A stretch of DNA of 64,000 bases from assembly GCA_034780895.1 (NCBI GenBank), contig JAUZTB010000033.1:30599820-30663819 (forward strand). Reading direction: 5' to 3'. The stretch comes from Rhynchobatus australiae. Lineage: Eukaryota. The stretch's first letter is position 1. Every line of letters starts with the position of its first letter. This document shows, piece by piece, positions 11,796 through 26,369 of the stretch. The notes beneath the pieces were generated by a model. It was not told the origin of the DNA, made no database searches, and worked only from the letters and a program-made list of their open reading frames with translations. A program made the position numbers and the translations under genes.

Positions 11796-14322
11796 GTAGA
11801 TGAAGAGCATGATCTGGTCCTTTATCACGAGTGAGTCAAAATATATCAATCCCTTACAGGCTGTAAGCATGTAATCAGTCTCACATTGTAGTCTTCCAAT
11901 CACTTGCCACATATAAATTGGTGACAACACTTGCCTACAAAACAGCAACTGCATTTGAAAGATTATCCATTGGTTGGAAGTCATTTTGGGTTGATCTGAC
12001 ATAATAAGGAACAAAATTAGTATCGGTCCTTTCTTCCTTCACAGTCTAATGCAGTACTGAATTCTAAATATCACATGTACTTAACTTTGGATAAGATCTT
12101 AATTAAGACAAGTGTGATATAAATAAACATTAAAATATTGCTCATTTTGACTACTGATGTAATCTGTCATATTCCTCCTGAAAGGGCATAAGAATAATTG
12201 ACCATTCATCTTTTTACAATTTGCCCGAATTTGGTTTCCATAGCACAAGAGTTTCCTTTGTTCATCTGACATCATTCATTATGTTTCTAATTAAGTCAGT
12301 GTATGCCTCTGAGAAACAAAACATGTTTTATAGGTGACACTAGTCTGACTATTAAGCTTACATAGCTCTACTTATGATCATTATAAGGCATTCACAGAAA
12401 CAGTACCAAATCCTTACTTTTTATCTATTCTATTCATAGTAACCCTAATGGCTGATTTGATAAAACTATTGACCCTGTGATACTGAGCTCTATGGATCTA
12501 CTTTCCACCTTCAGTCTATTAGGTATACCCAATCCTGACTATCTGTCAGTGACTCTTGATGAATAGGTGGATTTCAAGAGAACATTTGGCTTGGTGTAGC
12601 GTCCACCAACTGAGTGACATATTAGATGGCAGTGTGTCAGGTTGAGTCAGTAATTTTTAAAAAATGGGGTAAAACAAAGTTTAAAAACCATTAGAAACTA
12701 TATTTATATGAACGTGTTATCAGGTGCTGATCTCTCAATCAGCTTTCATTTGAATCCCAACACCCACTGAAATTGGCATTTCATTACTTTGCAAGAGCTG
12801 TTTTGCTGGTGAACTACTCATGGGATGAAACGCCTCACAATAAACAAAAGGAGCTAAAGAAATGTAAGGAGAAATTTACAACTCAAGTAGACTTTCCAAA
12901 ACTCTATTAAGCAAAGCTTGAAATTCATTTATTCTGAAAAAGCATACAAACAGCCTCAGCTGCCACTGAACTGCAAGTCTGAACCACAATCAAAACTGAA
13001 GAAGAAGTTAAAATACCACATAGTTTCTTTGAAAATTAGTTTCAGGGTCCTCCTGCATGAAATTAGGTTCCATTGCCAAATGAATAACCCTAATCAACTG
13101 AGACAGCTAAGTAGACTGCATTTATTTTTGATCTGCTGCTCTGACTGAAGTACCAGGAATATTCCTGAAAAGATCTGATGACCAGGAATGACTGTTGCCC
13201 TGATCTTTTCATAAATCTGTTAATGTAAATGGAGAAAGCAAGTACAAGTGAGATTAAGATAAATCAATGAGATTCAGATTGCTTGTAAAAGAAATCATCA
13301 CAGACTCATTGGGTCAAGCAGCCTCTTTTGGTACTGTGAATTTTGTTGATCTAAAGCCCTTTAGTTCCGTGTAATGGAGCAGTTGGGTGTGTATGTTGAA
13401 TTCACAAAGCATCAGATTGTTGAGGTAAATGGGAGTCGCTGGATACATTTTTAGGGTGCATTGGTCAAGATATCTTACAGAGACTGTAAGATGAATTATA
13501 ATTCAGTGATATTGTCACTAACTCAGCAATCCTCTCCTCACATCTGTATAAATCAGTTCATCACCCTTATATAATTGTGATCCACCCAGTCAGTTCTCTA
13601 ACAATACTCTCAGTGATCATTAGTTATACACAAATATTCTCAAATTATAGATCAGTCACAAAAAACTTTTTTTTAAATTGATGGTTTTTATTTTAAAGTG
13701 TGAAGATGGGAAGTTGCTCCAATTAATTAAATTTTTTCTAATTTATGTAAATATTCTATTAGGCTTCTCTTCATGTCATCTTTACGGCTATATTTCTCCT
13801 TAGTATTTCTCAGTGCTTTCTTTTAACCTCTGTTCCTTTTTTCTCTATTACTCACATTTCTTTTTTTATTGTTTGCCTGAGTCTTGGCAGCGATTTGCCA
13901 TATTTATACAAGGGTTATTCATTGACAGAATGATTCCTAGGCAAAACAATCAGTCCGTGTACTTAATAAAACAGGCTACAAACATATCACTGCTTGATCA
14001 GGATATGTTTCTCTATATAAGAGAACTAGACAATGGAATGAAATGTTGATGCTGGTGACAACTAGTTGAATACGATGAAAGGACTACGGACTCACTATGA
14101 AATCTGGAAAGGTTATTTTATCGTACAGCCCACAAAACATGGTAATTTTTTAATGACATGCATTTAAACTTAGGCAATTCTGTCACTGGGTTTCAGCAGC
14201 CGAAAACAACTCTGTGCCTACAGCTCAGAAGTGATGGGATGTTTTGACTTGTGAATTGTCCCTACATATAGCATTACATTCAACAACTACTTGTATATAA
14301 TTAGTTAGCATTATGGTCTTAC

Positions 14323-14369
14323 TGCTGTCTGCCTTTACAGTTCGCTAACAGCGCCGAGTGTCTCTCCAT
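14323..14369 (-). CDS. Candidate alternative first coding exon, MERHSALLANCKGRQ (ends phase 2)
   Basis: Minus strand: in-frame upstream TAG, start context gatATGG, 15 codons plus CA, then donor gtaaga. The block is non-repetitive and retains CpGs. Confidence 0.4.
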
Positions 14370-16039
14370 ATCAAAACGGATATCCTATTTCTGCCAAGCT
14401 AAAGTTGTGGTTTTTCAACTCCGACTTGCAAGTCACAAACCGTCCTTGATGATAACACTACCTTATCATTCCTCTTGCACTGTGACAGAATTTTGTAATG
14501 CAGCTGGCCACCAAACTGACAAATAATCCTGGCTCTGACTGCAAAATAAATGTGCTTTTTAAATAATTTAAAAAATTAATTGTATTAAGAGAAAGCACCT
14601 TTGTTTTATGGTTACTGGCAGGAGGGCTTCAAAAGATATTATACCCTACTCTGTGATGCTTCATGATATTGAGTCAAATGTTAGGCAGAGCAGTTTTAAA
14701 ATATAGTTACAAAACTATTCCAAAAATACCAAAAAGATCACAATTAATGGTAAAATATCAAGCATTTTCTTTTCAGTGTTCAACAAATACTCTCCAGTAG
14801 TATATATGGTATAGACAAGGATGTCAATGAAATATAGGTGAATGGCTGGGAGGGCTGGCACAAAACACTGTACTCAACTGATTGGAACAAACAACACTGC
14901 TTGCAGTGCTAAGTTGTTTAAATAATTGTACCATGTACCAATGAAAGATGTACAAAATCATTAACAATAAAAACTTCTTTCCAAAGAAGATATAGAAGAC
15001 ACTAATATTTCCACTTTGTGTTTCTATTGTTTATGTAATTAAACTAGGATTAGGAAACTCTCAAAATAACGATTAAAAATCAAAAACCATTTTGTATATA
15101 TGTATTTAGTCTAGCTAATTCTGAAAGTAAAACATTCAATAAGCCTTAAATTTCCCTGAGTATTATTTATTATTATTGTTGTTGTTGTGGGGATTAGGGA
15201 ACTAATAAGATGTTTCTACAAATAGCTTTCTTAGATCCTGCACAAACTTATGATGAATGATTTGCAGCAATTGAAAGGAGACACCACACTTTGAAACTTT
15301 AAGTAACATTATTAAGAAGCCTTTGCAGTAATAAGACAGCCAAGAGCTATCCACAGACTAAGGTCTGTACTCAGAAAAATTACTATTTCCTACTGGTGCA
15401 GTGATTGTGTCTCTGTTGTTCCACCCTTTCCTTTTACCAGTTGTGGTAGGTTGTATAGTGGAATATGGATATCCAAATGCATAAATGACCATAATTACAC
15501 GATTGTGTTTCTGCAGCATATTCAGAAATCCATCCCGTTATTCAGTTCCTAAGCTATTGACTGCAGTTTGACATTTCTACAGAGGGGGACCTGGGAACTT
15601 CACTCCCTAATGTAAGTGGATTTGTACTGGGGAGATAAGACTCCCACAAACTATTGTGATGAAAAGTCATCACTTTTACCAAGTGGGTAAAAATCTTCTG
15701 TCAACTAGTAGGAGAAATTATATCCTACAATTTCTTAACTATTTTAATACCTTAAAGGAAAGAAAATGTGATTTTTAAAACTTTGCAAACTTCATAAACT
15801 TGTGTGAATTCTTAACATCATGATGTTTTAGGTTTTGNNNNNNNNNNCTTGGTGGCTCTCAAAATGAAAGTTGTCAGCACCAGAATATAGCAAGTTTTCC
15901 ATTTCTTACCTCTGACTGCAGTGTCTAGAACTTTGAATAAAGCCTATCCCAGCACATTAGTGTATCTTAACCCTTGAACTACAGCTCAACTGCCAATACT
16001 CATATCACATAGGACTTGCACAATTAGTAGATCTCGACT

Positions 16040-16390
16040 CATCACGATACAGAAGGAAACCATTCAGCCCATTGAGTCCATGCTGGCTCCAAAGGGGGGG
16101 GGGTGGTGGCAATCCTATTAATCTCTTTTCCTCTCTCTTTATTTTCCTATCGTCCTGCAGCTCATTTTGTCTCACACATGCCCATCAACTCCCCATCGTT
16201 TCTTTTGGCATTAACCTACTGTGTGGGGTAATTTACCAACAGCATGTCTTTGGGATGCAGGAGGAAACAGGAGCACCCAAAGGGAGTTTGTGCAGTGATG
16301 AAGAGAGCATGCAAACCATATACAGACAAGCACCAAGGTCAGGATAAAAGTTGGATCCCTGGAGTTGTGAGGCAGCAGCACTGTGAAAAC
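16040..16390 (-). mobile_element. HE1-like V-SINE
   Basis: Reverse-complement V-domain (ggaggaaacaggagcaccc...gcatgcaaaccatatacagac...ggatccctggagttgtgaggcagcagcac) and CR1 tail (ccattcagcccattgagtccatgctggc). Confidence 0.8.
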
Positions 16391-17384
16391 AGTTCAATAC
16401 ATTTCCGATAGGTGAGCAGGCATGGCACCATGCATTGAACCACCAAAGCCCCTCTTAAAAACAGTTTAATAGAATAGTACTCAAAGAAATAAAATAGCAT
16501 TATCCAAAGCATTACCAAATCTATTCCACATCCTCTGAATGCTTCATGCATCTTTTTGGACATTTTAAAATCACAAGATCATTTCTCCCATCTGTAACAT
16601 TAAGCAGATGTTGAAAATGTGAACATTCTGAACATTGATAAAACATTAATTTCCTTCACAAATATAATTTAACATGTGACAAAACTCCAAACACATTGAA
16701 TTAGTTTCACGGAGTTAATTTGAATCTTAATTGTTTTGAAATTTGGGCTATGTAGCACAATGGGATGAAAGAAGGATAAGCTTTTATCATCGTGCTCTGA
16801 TTGATTAACATATACATACTGTAAAAGCTTATAATCCTACTTGGGCCACTCATTAAACAACAATTAGTCATGTCACAGGAACTGAGAGGCTCATACCTCC
16901 AGGCTCTATTAGTAACTGCTGAGAAGTCACATTCCCTCAGGGAGACTGGAATTGCAGTCAATCTTAAAGAAAGGAGTGCCCCAAAGCACAGCAATACAGC
17001 AAGTCTTACTTTTGTTTCCTCAAGTAAAGAATTATTTGTTGTTTTTGGTGGAAATGTAATTGTTGGTATCTGTACTACTTGAATGGTATCTTTTTTTCTC
17101 TCAGGCATACTTCCGGCTAAGGCGTTTATCCAGTAAGATTGACACAATTTGTCATTTTAACATGTACAGAGGTAAATGTTGAGAACATGAGGTTAAGAGT
17201 CCAGTCTCCCGAGGGTAACTTCCAGCTTCAAATTCATTTCTAACTGGTCAGAGTTAGAAGACATTCTTTCTACGTATCACTGATATGCCTCATTTACAAG
17301 TGGTGTCATAATGTTGCTGACTTGGTACAGTATCCCCGTATCCCTTCCAATGCTAAAAGCAATGGTACTGGTGGAGGTGGGTTG

Positions 17385-17620
17385 AGCCAAGCCGATTTCT
17401 GCTGCTCACATTACTTCCTGGCAGTCACAACAAGATAATAAATATGAAATGGGAATTCCAGCTGATTTTTGCCCTCTCCCTGGCCCAAAGATGTTGAAGC
17501 CACTTGTAGGATTTATGCCCCTTGTGGCTGTGATTAGTGATATGTCAGATCAAACCTTGGCTCTTCTTGATCTGTGTAGTTCAGCTCTGCTCTGAGCAGT
17601 AGTTTTTATCAGAACAGCCA
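17385..17620 (-). mobile_element. Old SINE-like repeat, family uncertain; related copies at 44.9, 51.0, 56.8 and 61.0 kb
   Basis: Shared core gggaattccagctgatttttgccctctccctggcccaaagatgttgaagccacttgtag. Confidence 0.5.
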
Positions 17621-19859
17621 GGGAGAAAGCTTCCAATAAAATAATGTTGTAATTTATTTTAATATATTACATTTCTAATTGATTTTAAATATTTTTGATT
17701 TTCAGAGATGTTCAGAAATATTTAAAGCCCTGACAGTTGTGAAAGCTAGCATAGCTGAGGTGAGGTTTAATCAGCTGTCAAAGACTTCCAAAATCATTTT
17801 CATGAGCAGGACTTCTTATGGCCCATCCACACCATTTCATGACATTGGTCGAGGGCCTCCTGCTCAACTTCAACACTGTACGGCTAAGCAACGTTGGCCT
17901 TCTGGTGTCAGGTAATATACAATCAGTCGAGTGGTGAGTAAGGATGGTGAGCTTGTTTCAATCAGTCATAGTACTCTGCTGCGCAGAAGCAAGTCATTTC
18001 ATCTTCTCTGTCTGCGTCAACCATTTGTGCTCAACATGAGCCTCCCCCCCCCTTACAATGTCTGATCCTATCAACAAACATTCCCTTTTCCCCCCATGTA
18101 TAGTCAGTTTTTCTTTAAATCTTCTTCGCTATATGCTGCAATATACAGTAGCTTTCTATCATCTGTGCACTATTGTTCAATAGCATATAAATGAAAAGAC
18201 TTCATTCAGTAGCAGTAACTATCAGAGGCACCACTGGCTCAAGCCAAGAGTTACATTTTCTTTGCCAGGATCCTGGAGATTGAGGAGGCACAATATTACT
18301 GTGCTGTTTTTGCAATACTCTCTTCCTTGCATAAAAATCAAATAATTTCACACTGAATCTCTGCCACCTGTTTTGTATTGTAAAAAGTAAAACATTTTTC
18401 TGGCAACCTACCCAGTCAGGCTTTAGAGTATTACTTGGTAGCTTCATTCACCCAGTGGAAAGACTGTCTACACACTGTCAATCATACTTTATTAGTCAAC
18501 TGTAACACTCCAAATACCATGCTGACACATTTTATGTGGATGAGCTCTTTTCAGAGATAGAAAAATGAACATACCCAACAATAAGAAGCAAGCACCATGT
18601 CAAATTTTCTGGAAACCATACACATAGCCATTATTTCAGCTGCATGACTCAAGCTAAGCAGCAGTTCCCATAACAAAAAGCCATTTTCAGCTAAAAAGGA
18701 GTCTTCTCTGCAATCTGCTTGAATGATTGTTGCCACTTGTCATTGTTCCTCAATACTGATACATCAGTACCAAAAACGGTTCACAGTATCTGCTCAGGCA
18801 ATTTATGCACAGCGTTGTCAAATCAGCAATGTGATTGCAAAGAAGACTAACAAATGGGTATAACTGAGAAGCGAGTGACAGTATAAAATATACAGTAAGC
18901 AGAAAAAGAATTACACCATGGGGTGTCAGCCTGCCGTCACAATGGTTATTAAGATGATCATGTATTTGGGAGGTGCGAGCAGTTGCTTTAAGATCACTAT
19001 GGAAACATGCAATAAAGTTTGCAGTGTTATCAATAATAGTAGAATACAAAAAAATATAAATTCTGTATATGTGTGGATTACTTATACTCCTGCAGTTTGA
19101 GAATTATTATATACAGCACCTAGATACATGTGCTTAAATAGCATTGCATAACTTTACCTCTGCAGGTTTTGCAGTGCTTCATACATTTTCAGTACCCATA
19201 TTGCTCCAGCAGTGCAGTATGTGTTATGTACATACACTTTGGTTAAGAACATCATTTACATCTTTCTTTGTTTGGGTGTTCAGAGGGGACTTGTGTCAGA
19301 ATTAGGGAGGCTCAAGCTTAATTCCAAGACTTAAGCCCCACAGTCTAGGCTACACTTCAGTAAAACATTGCAGGACTGCTGCAATGTAAATGAGAGGAAT
19401 CATCTCAAGAATTATTGTCTGACTTTTGCTGAGCTTTGCCAGAGGTTCTGCATTGAACTGACAGCATTCGCACTTGTAATTGCCACAGGTTTGGGAATCC
19501 CACATGGATATAGATATCCAGCGATATGGACACATTGGTGGAGTCAGAGCGAGCAGGAATTCCTCAGTGTGCATGGTGGGGAGTCTGGTCTCAGACCCTG
19601 TGCCAGATTAGATCAGGTATACGATCTGTGAGCCCATTTCAAAAGGGATTTTAAAACGTTGTGGAAGAAAAGCAACATGAAGATAAGCTGCATTTTTTTT
19701 TAATTATGTGTGTTTGCAAAAATACATTTACTATTTAAATATGATTTTAGTGACTTTATCATTTTTCTAAAATGTAATAATGCAACATTTTTAATCAGGC
19801 TGTTTTATTTTGCCATTGAAGCTTTTCAGATGAGTTTTGTGATTGTTCTGGTGTCACAG

Positions 19860-20099
19860 AATATCATAGAATCACAGAATCATAGAACAGTACAGCACAA
19901 TACAGGCCCTTCGGCCCACAATGTTGTGCCAACCTTTAAACCTCACTTAAGACTACCCAACCTCTACCTCCCCCATATCCCTCTATTTTAAATTTCTCCA
20001 TATGTTTATCTAGCAATCACTTGAATTTGATCACTGTCCCTGCCTCCACCACCATCAGCACATTCCATGCCCCAACGACTCTCTGGGTAAAAAGCCTCC
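19860..20099 (-). mobile_element. CR1-type LINE 3' end
   Basis: catagaatca-type terminal repeats and acaggcccttcggcccacaatg; the minus translation RLFTQRVVGAWNVL matches the CR1 ORF2 C-terminus. Truncated by a gap. Confidence 0.85.
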
Positions 20100-20199
20100 N
20101 NNNNNNNNNNNNNNNNNNNNNNNNNNNNNNNNNNNNNNNNNNNNNNNNNNNNNNNNNNNNNNNNNNNNNNNNNNNNNNNNNNNNNNNNNNNNNNNNNNN

Positions 20200-20345
20200 G
20201 TTTCTGAGACTGTGCTGCATGCAAATTAATCGCCATGTCTGCCTACATAACAAGAATGACTACACTTTGAATGTAATTCATTGGCCGTGAAGCCCTCTGG
20301 AATAGTGAGGACATAAAATATGTTATAAATAAAAGCAATTTTTCT
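20200..20345 (+). mobile_element. Deu-domain SINE fragment (SacSINE1/AmnSINE1-like)
   Basis: tgtgctgcatgcaaatt...gcctacataacaagaatgactacactttgaatgtaattcattggccgtgaagccctctgg. Confidence 0.7.
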
Positions 20346-20559
20346 TTCTACACCCACTAATTTTTTTGTTGGACATGTGTAGATTTCAAGTGCAGGATTT
20401 GAAAGCTGGTTAATTGGTCCAAGATACACAGACATAATTCAGTCATAAATTCTGTGCTTATATTTAAATGTTACAATAATTTTATATCGTTGTTACAATA
20501 ATGCAGCAAAACATATGGCAATTTGGGAAGCAGAGAAACGAGAGCAGTTGAAGGAAAGT

Positions 20560-20925
20560 AGTTTCCTTCTCTTTTCTCTGGAGAAACAAAGGCTGAGATG
20601 TGAACCTACAGAGGTCTTTAAAATTACAGAAAGGTTTGATAGAGTGGATATAGATAGAATGTTTCCATTTGTGGGGAAGAGCATAACTAGAGACCATCAA
20701 TCTAAGACAGTCACCAAGAAATCCAAGAGGGAATGGTGAAAATGTGGGAGTGGTATAAATGAACTTATGGAAGCCTGGGCAAGCATATGAGGGAGAAGGG
20801 AATAAAAGTTTCCTCTGACAGATTTAGATGGGAAAGACAGGAGACAGCTAGAGAGGAGTATTAACACTGTAATGGACTGAATAGGGCAATTTGCCTGTTT
20901 CTGTGCGTTATCCCATGTAGTCCTT
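20560..20925 (+). mobile_element. CR1 LINE 3' fragment
   Basis: Translates LFSLEKQRLRCEPTEVFKITERFDRVDIDRMFPFVGKSITRDH, the CR1 ORF2 C-terminal motif, followed by the tail gcctgtttctgtgcg. Confidence 0.85.
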
Positions 20926-21299
20926 TGTAATCGACTGCATCATAACAAAGCAGCCAGGACAGGCAAAAGTGAGGTACAAAGGCAGGAGGGTGCAAGTCTA
21001 CCATTATAATGTTGTATAATGGTTTCCATTATAAAAGCGAACATTTATCTTTATTTTTCCACGTGATGCTGGCATTACTAACAAGGCAAGCATTTAGAAC
21101 AGTTCCAAATCGCCACAAGGAAGGCACCTCCTTGNNNNNNNNNNNNNNNNNNNNNNNNNNNNNNNNNNNNNNNNNNNNNNNNNNNNNNNNNNNNNNNNNN
21201 NNNNNNNNNNNNNNNNNNNNNNNNNNNNNNNNNNGACGACTTCAGAGCTTTGACTCGATAATTTGATTGTGGGATCATGGGCTATGACTACAATTTCCT

Positions 21300-22010
21300 G
21301 CTACTGCCATTAGCACACAAGAAGACCTACATCATAAGTTCACCAGGTTAGTAGCTCACTTTTAGGTGCGACTTCTGGAATACTCTTTCCTAGATGCATT
21401 TCTCAATGAATCAGGATTGATTCCCTCATTTAATGGAAGTAATGTTGTGGCCGATTATGGTCAAATATACTTCTGTTGGTACTACTAGCTCACATTGTTA
21501 CATGAATGGCCACCTTTACGCTGCAAGATCTGTTCTGAACCCATCTCATATTACCATGGTGGTAACGCCACACAACATAACGCAGAGTTCTTCGATGTAA
21601 AAACTGGACAACAACTGCACATCAAACAGTGGTGTCATGCATAAATGCATCTGCATGATAGGAATGTTCAAGGAGGTCGAGTAGTAACATTGGTCCACTC
21701 ACTACCTACCACATGCTCATTATGGCTGTTATGTCCTGCTGGACTCTGCCAGCTTGGTGAAAGGTGATGCTCTCAGTGCATCTTCCAAGCAGTTTTCAGT
21801 ATGATGGAGTACTGATTCAATAGCTGGTTGGGTGGTAGGTGGTAATCAGCAGGAGGCTATCTTGTCTGTGTTTGACTTAATGCCTTAGAACACATGTTGT
21901 CTAGAATCAACCTGACTGACTCCCAGAGTCAATCCCACCTAAATGCATACTATTATTGCAAAAACCAAAGTGCCTGTCCTACTAGTGGGATGCCACCCTG
22001 CTGGAGGAGA
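21300..22010 (-). mobile_element. CR1/L2-group LINE, decayed endonuclease region
   Basis: Minus-strand fragments LLLITTYHP..., ESVLHHTENCLEDAL, VVWRYHH and GFRTDLAA, interrupted by frameshifts. Confidence 0.7.
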
Positions 22011-22607
22011 TTTGGGTTGTTTTCCAGCTGTAAGAACTTACAATGAATGAAGTTGATACAAAGTGTGACAAAGATCTACCAACAAGGACTAAAATTTTAT
22101 AGACTGGACTTATCCTTAGATGTAAGGTTACTAACTTATAATACTAGTTGATCTCCTGTGATACTGAACAAGAAAAATTAATTCCTTATGTATTTTTGGG
22201 TAACCAAAATTAGAGGCCAGAGGATAATTTAACCAGGATATACAGACATATTTCAGTCTCCACTTCAAACTGATCTACTGCTCATAATTTTGTACTTCTC
22301 CATTTGCAGTTCTCTGACGGTACCATTGCATTGTAAGAAGTTTACATAGGTTGTTTCCAATAGAACGTTAAACATAGGAGTTTTATAAACGGTTCACAAG
22401 AAGTGTGCACAGATGTAAGATTTGTCATATGTTCTAGATAAATATTGATGAGATAGTGCTGTTTATATTTATGATACTCCTAGAAGTTAACAGTATTATA
22501 TCCCATACTCATACAGCCCAAGCTGTGTTCCAGTATTAGTGTCTCATAAAAATTTAACAGCATGAGGTATGTAATGAATTCAATTGCTTTATTATTAGCT
22601 ATTTTAA

Positions 22608-22985
22608 AGAAACACTAGCATTTATATAGCACCTTTCATGATATTAGGTGGCCCCAAAGCACTTTATAGTCAGTAAGTACTTTAAAGGGCTCTCTTGTAA
22701 TGTGAGGAAACGCAAAAGGCAATGTGCACATAAAAACGTCCCACATGTAGAAAAGAAATCATGACTACATAATCTGCTTTAGTGATTGAGAGATGAACAT
22801 AAGCCAGAACTCTCTTCTCCAAAATTGTAGTATAGTTTATGCTTATATAAGAGGGCCATGATTTAACACTGCACCTGAAAGATGGCATTTCTGAAAAAAC
22901 ATCACTCAGTCAGAATCACAATGAAATGCCAGCTGAGACTGCACTCAAGTTATGAAGTAGAATGTGAATTCAAAATTCTCTGACA
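22608..22985 (-). mobile_element. Deu-domain SINE
   Basis: gcatttatatagcacctttcatg...cccaaagcactttatagtcagtaagtacttt...tgtaatgtgaggaaacgc...ctgaaagatggca. Confidence 0.8.
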
Positions 22986-25379
22986 AGTAACTTACATTTT
23001 TTTGTTATATTATTAAAAACTAGGTTCATGAAACATTGAAGATGGGATCAGTGTGCTGCTACAATTTGAATTCAAAATAAAATATTCTTGTCGAAACTTA
23101 AAAAGCACATCCTAACTTTAAAACAGCTGCCTTATCACTGTAGCTTTAGCATAGCATTTCAATAACATATACCAATGAAGATTAACATGTCACATTTTTA
23201 TAAAGCTGTGGATGCAGCTATGACTTCTATGGATTTAGTCAGTGGTATAATCAAACTATGTTTTGAAAAAAAGGCCTTCAGTCTTTTAGAATCCAACTTT
23301 TTAAATGCTACTNNNNNNNNNNATTTCAAACTGTCAGAATCTTGTTCTTGTGTGTATTAATTTCTATTTTTGATAAATATATATATCTCAATATCATTTT
23401 AGTTTTAATGTAAGTGAAATTATCTTCACTTTTTTTTAAAGAGTAGGTGAGCTGTTTAAAGTTTAAGATTATTTTGCTTAGTTAAGTTAAAACCAACGGA
23501 AAATCCTAGATGAATGATTTTGCACTTCCCAAATGAATTTCAGTCTTACAATTTATATTTTTTCCGGTACATTCATTTTATCAAAAATGTAATTCCTTTC
23601 TTAATATTCAGAATATTAATTCTAATATTAAAATCATTTTAGAATTTTATTGGTACACTGAACAGGAAAATAAGGAAAAGACAGCATTGTCTTTACAGTT
23701 GAAACAGATGCACAAAATCAAATTGTATCAGACAAACAAAGCTCATTGGGTTTAGAAGTTGGCAAATTAATTGGTTAGAAGTGAATTTACAATCATTTTA
23801 CTATGTTGGATTTTGCCTATCAAAAACTACAACAAAATAATCTTTATCCTGATCTGATGAATTAATGATATCACTCTGGGATGATTAATTATTTTTAAAT
23901 TGTTCCTGCCTTTCACACTGAGTTTGATGAGCATGATTCTAAATATTCCACTACACCTGTCTTATATTTTAAAGTGGCTGCCATCAATAATTACAGCAGC
24001 CTCCTTGATCATTGTTAAGTACTTTAAGAAGTTTCACATTTAGAGGGTGCCAACCATCATGAAAATAACTTCACTCTCTTCGGGCAGCAGCAGGCAGGAA
24101 GAGCTAGAAACAGCAGAAATTACAAGCATTACCTTGACATTGCTCTTTATCATGAGAGAACACACATCCTCCCTGCTATTGCTTAAATTTATATTGTAAA
24201 TGTGTTGTAACATGCATATATTTTAAATGTGTAACAGTATAATTACTGTACTTTTCTTCATTTCAATAATGCTCCCACTTTCTGAACTTCACTCTGACTG
24301 TTGTGGGATTGCATTTGGCTTTGTCTGTTCTTTGCTCACTAATTGCTTTTGGCACACTTAAATCAAGTATAGGGGGAGTAGCCAGGAATCCATAGAATTA
24401 TTTTGTCTGACTTTACTATATTTCATCTGAGCATTCATTATTTAATTATTAACTGTTTCCAAGCTCAACTGTTGGTAAAAAGATGATTTTCTGTTCCACA
24501 TTTTTTACATTTAATGCTATATTACTTGCTACAGCCACAATGACCCATTCAGGCAACAATCTGGAGTTGATAAATGGACCACTTGACGTGCTCCTCTTTT
24601 TTTATCTTAGGACTCCTCACTGCTGATCTTAACAAGAGAATAATTCCTCCCTTACCTTCTTGATGTGGAAGTTTCTGCTGCAACACAGACTGCCAGTTCA
24701 GCATTCAGTAATGGATGAGCAGAAATTAACTCCTGCTAAATAATTGTAACAACAAGGCAATTGTCCAGTTCCAGTCACAACCTCTATTTTCTAAACATCA
24801 AGTCCATCCTTGTCCATGGCAAACATCTGAGGGTGAATCAGACAGAGGTATCTGCTTTATGTGGCTTAGTGCTATTTTTGTATAATGGTGCTCCAAAGGA
24901 ATGTCTTAATATCAAAAGGTGCTATACCAATGCAGGTTGTCATTATGTTGGGATGGACAGAGTTCATGTTTATACTACAGTTCACAGGTGCACTTTCTAA
25001 CTGATATCATCAAATGGCAGTCAGCAGTTATAACTAAATCCAATGAATAGATGATCAAAACTTCAGTCCCCTTTGTTTGTATGATTTACAATAGATTATT
25101 AATCAAATATGCTTCTTTCTAATCCAGCAGTTTTCAGGTAAGGTTTATCATAACTTGGAGTCATCTTGGCTATAATTTCAACTGTAGGAGGATTTTGGGC
25201 AGATGGCAATCAAGCCCAGGCTAACTTACCACCAGAACACTACCGAGAGAAGCAGGAAATAGCTGCAGCTTCAGGAAATTAGATGGTTTATGTAGTGAGT
25301 GGATAGATGTGATGAGGGAGGCTCAAGGTCACCAGACCCTGATTCAAATAAAGAGCCCAAATATCAATACAAGAACAGA

Positions 25380-25770
25380 CAAGAACACACGTAAATAGGA
25401 GCAGGAGTGGGGCACCAGGCACCTCACCTGCCCCGCCAGTCAATACGATCATGGCTGATCCATGTTAGCCTCAACTCTTCTGGGCCTGTCCTTCACAGAC
25501 CTCAATTCACCTATCTTTCATATATTTATCTATCTCTTTGTTAAATGTATCTAATGATCTGGCCAAGAGTTCCAGAGATTTGCTACCTTCTGAGAGAAAA
25601 TCTCTCTATGCACCTCAGTTTTAAATAACCATCCTCTTTATCTCTTGTAACTATGTTCCCTTGTTCACAACTCTCCCATTAGGGACAATATCTCACCTAC
25701 CCTGTCAATTTCCCTTAGGATCTTGTATGTTTCAATAAGGTCACCTTTCATTCTTCTAAACTTAAATCTG
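25380..25770 (-). mobile_element. CR1 LINE 3' fragment
   Basis: aaataggagcaggagt...atcatggctgatc...ccagagattt...ctaccctgtcaa...gtttcaataaggtcacctttcattcttctaaac. Confidence 0.8.
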
Positions 25771-25839
25771 TCTAGTCTCTCTGTCTACTTGTTAACATCC
25801 CATTTCTCTTCTAACTGGTTCCTATCAGCACAATAATTG

Positions 25840-25998
25840 AAGACACAAGACAATGCAGATGCTGGAACATGGAGCAAAAAACAAACTGCTGGAGGAATTT
25901 AGCAGGTTGAGCACCCTGCAGCTCTCAACCTGAAATTCTTCTCCCCATAGAGATGCTGCTTGACCCACTGAGTTCTTCCTGCAGTTTGTTCTTGCTCT
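25840..25998. mobile_element. Short inverted Penelope-derived element
   Basis: gcaaaaaacaaactgctggaggaatttagcaggttgagca is mirrored by tgcttgacccactgagttcttcctgcagtttgttcttgc. Confidence 0.75.
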
Positions 25999-26369
25999 AA
26001 GCCTTGGTCATTACCTGGCTCAGGCCTGAGGCAATTTTGCTGCCAGGACCATTTGTAATCATCGTGGCCCAATTTGAATATTTATCAAAGGGCTATACGA
26101 GTTTAAAATAGTTGCAGTGAATGCCTGAACAGATTAAAATCGATAGCATTGGAAATCAGGTGCCAAATCTGTACTCAAGTAATTTGGGGCATTTTAACAA
26201 TCCATTCATTAGTGGACACAATTAAAATTTCTCCCTTATATCAGTCAATATGAAGAGAAGCCAAAAAGTACCCATTGAACTGCTTTGAAAATGAAATTGT
26301 TTCATCCTTAAAATAAGCTGAAACAAAATTGGAAGTACATTGTTTATAACCAGAGGGCATTGGGATAAA

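Noticed and set aside
15910-15924. Possible 15-nt minus-strand microexon (ttctag|ACACTGCAGTCAGAG|gtaaga)
   Set aside because: Strong donor but poor polypyrimidine tract; chance occurrence is likely.
24133-24732. Minus-strand donors at 24133 (AAG|gtaatg) and 24656 (AAG|gtaagg)
   Set aside because: Weak acceptors, ambiguous frames, and the second lies next to SINE-like sequence.
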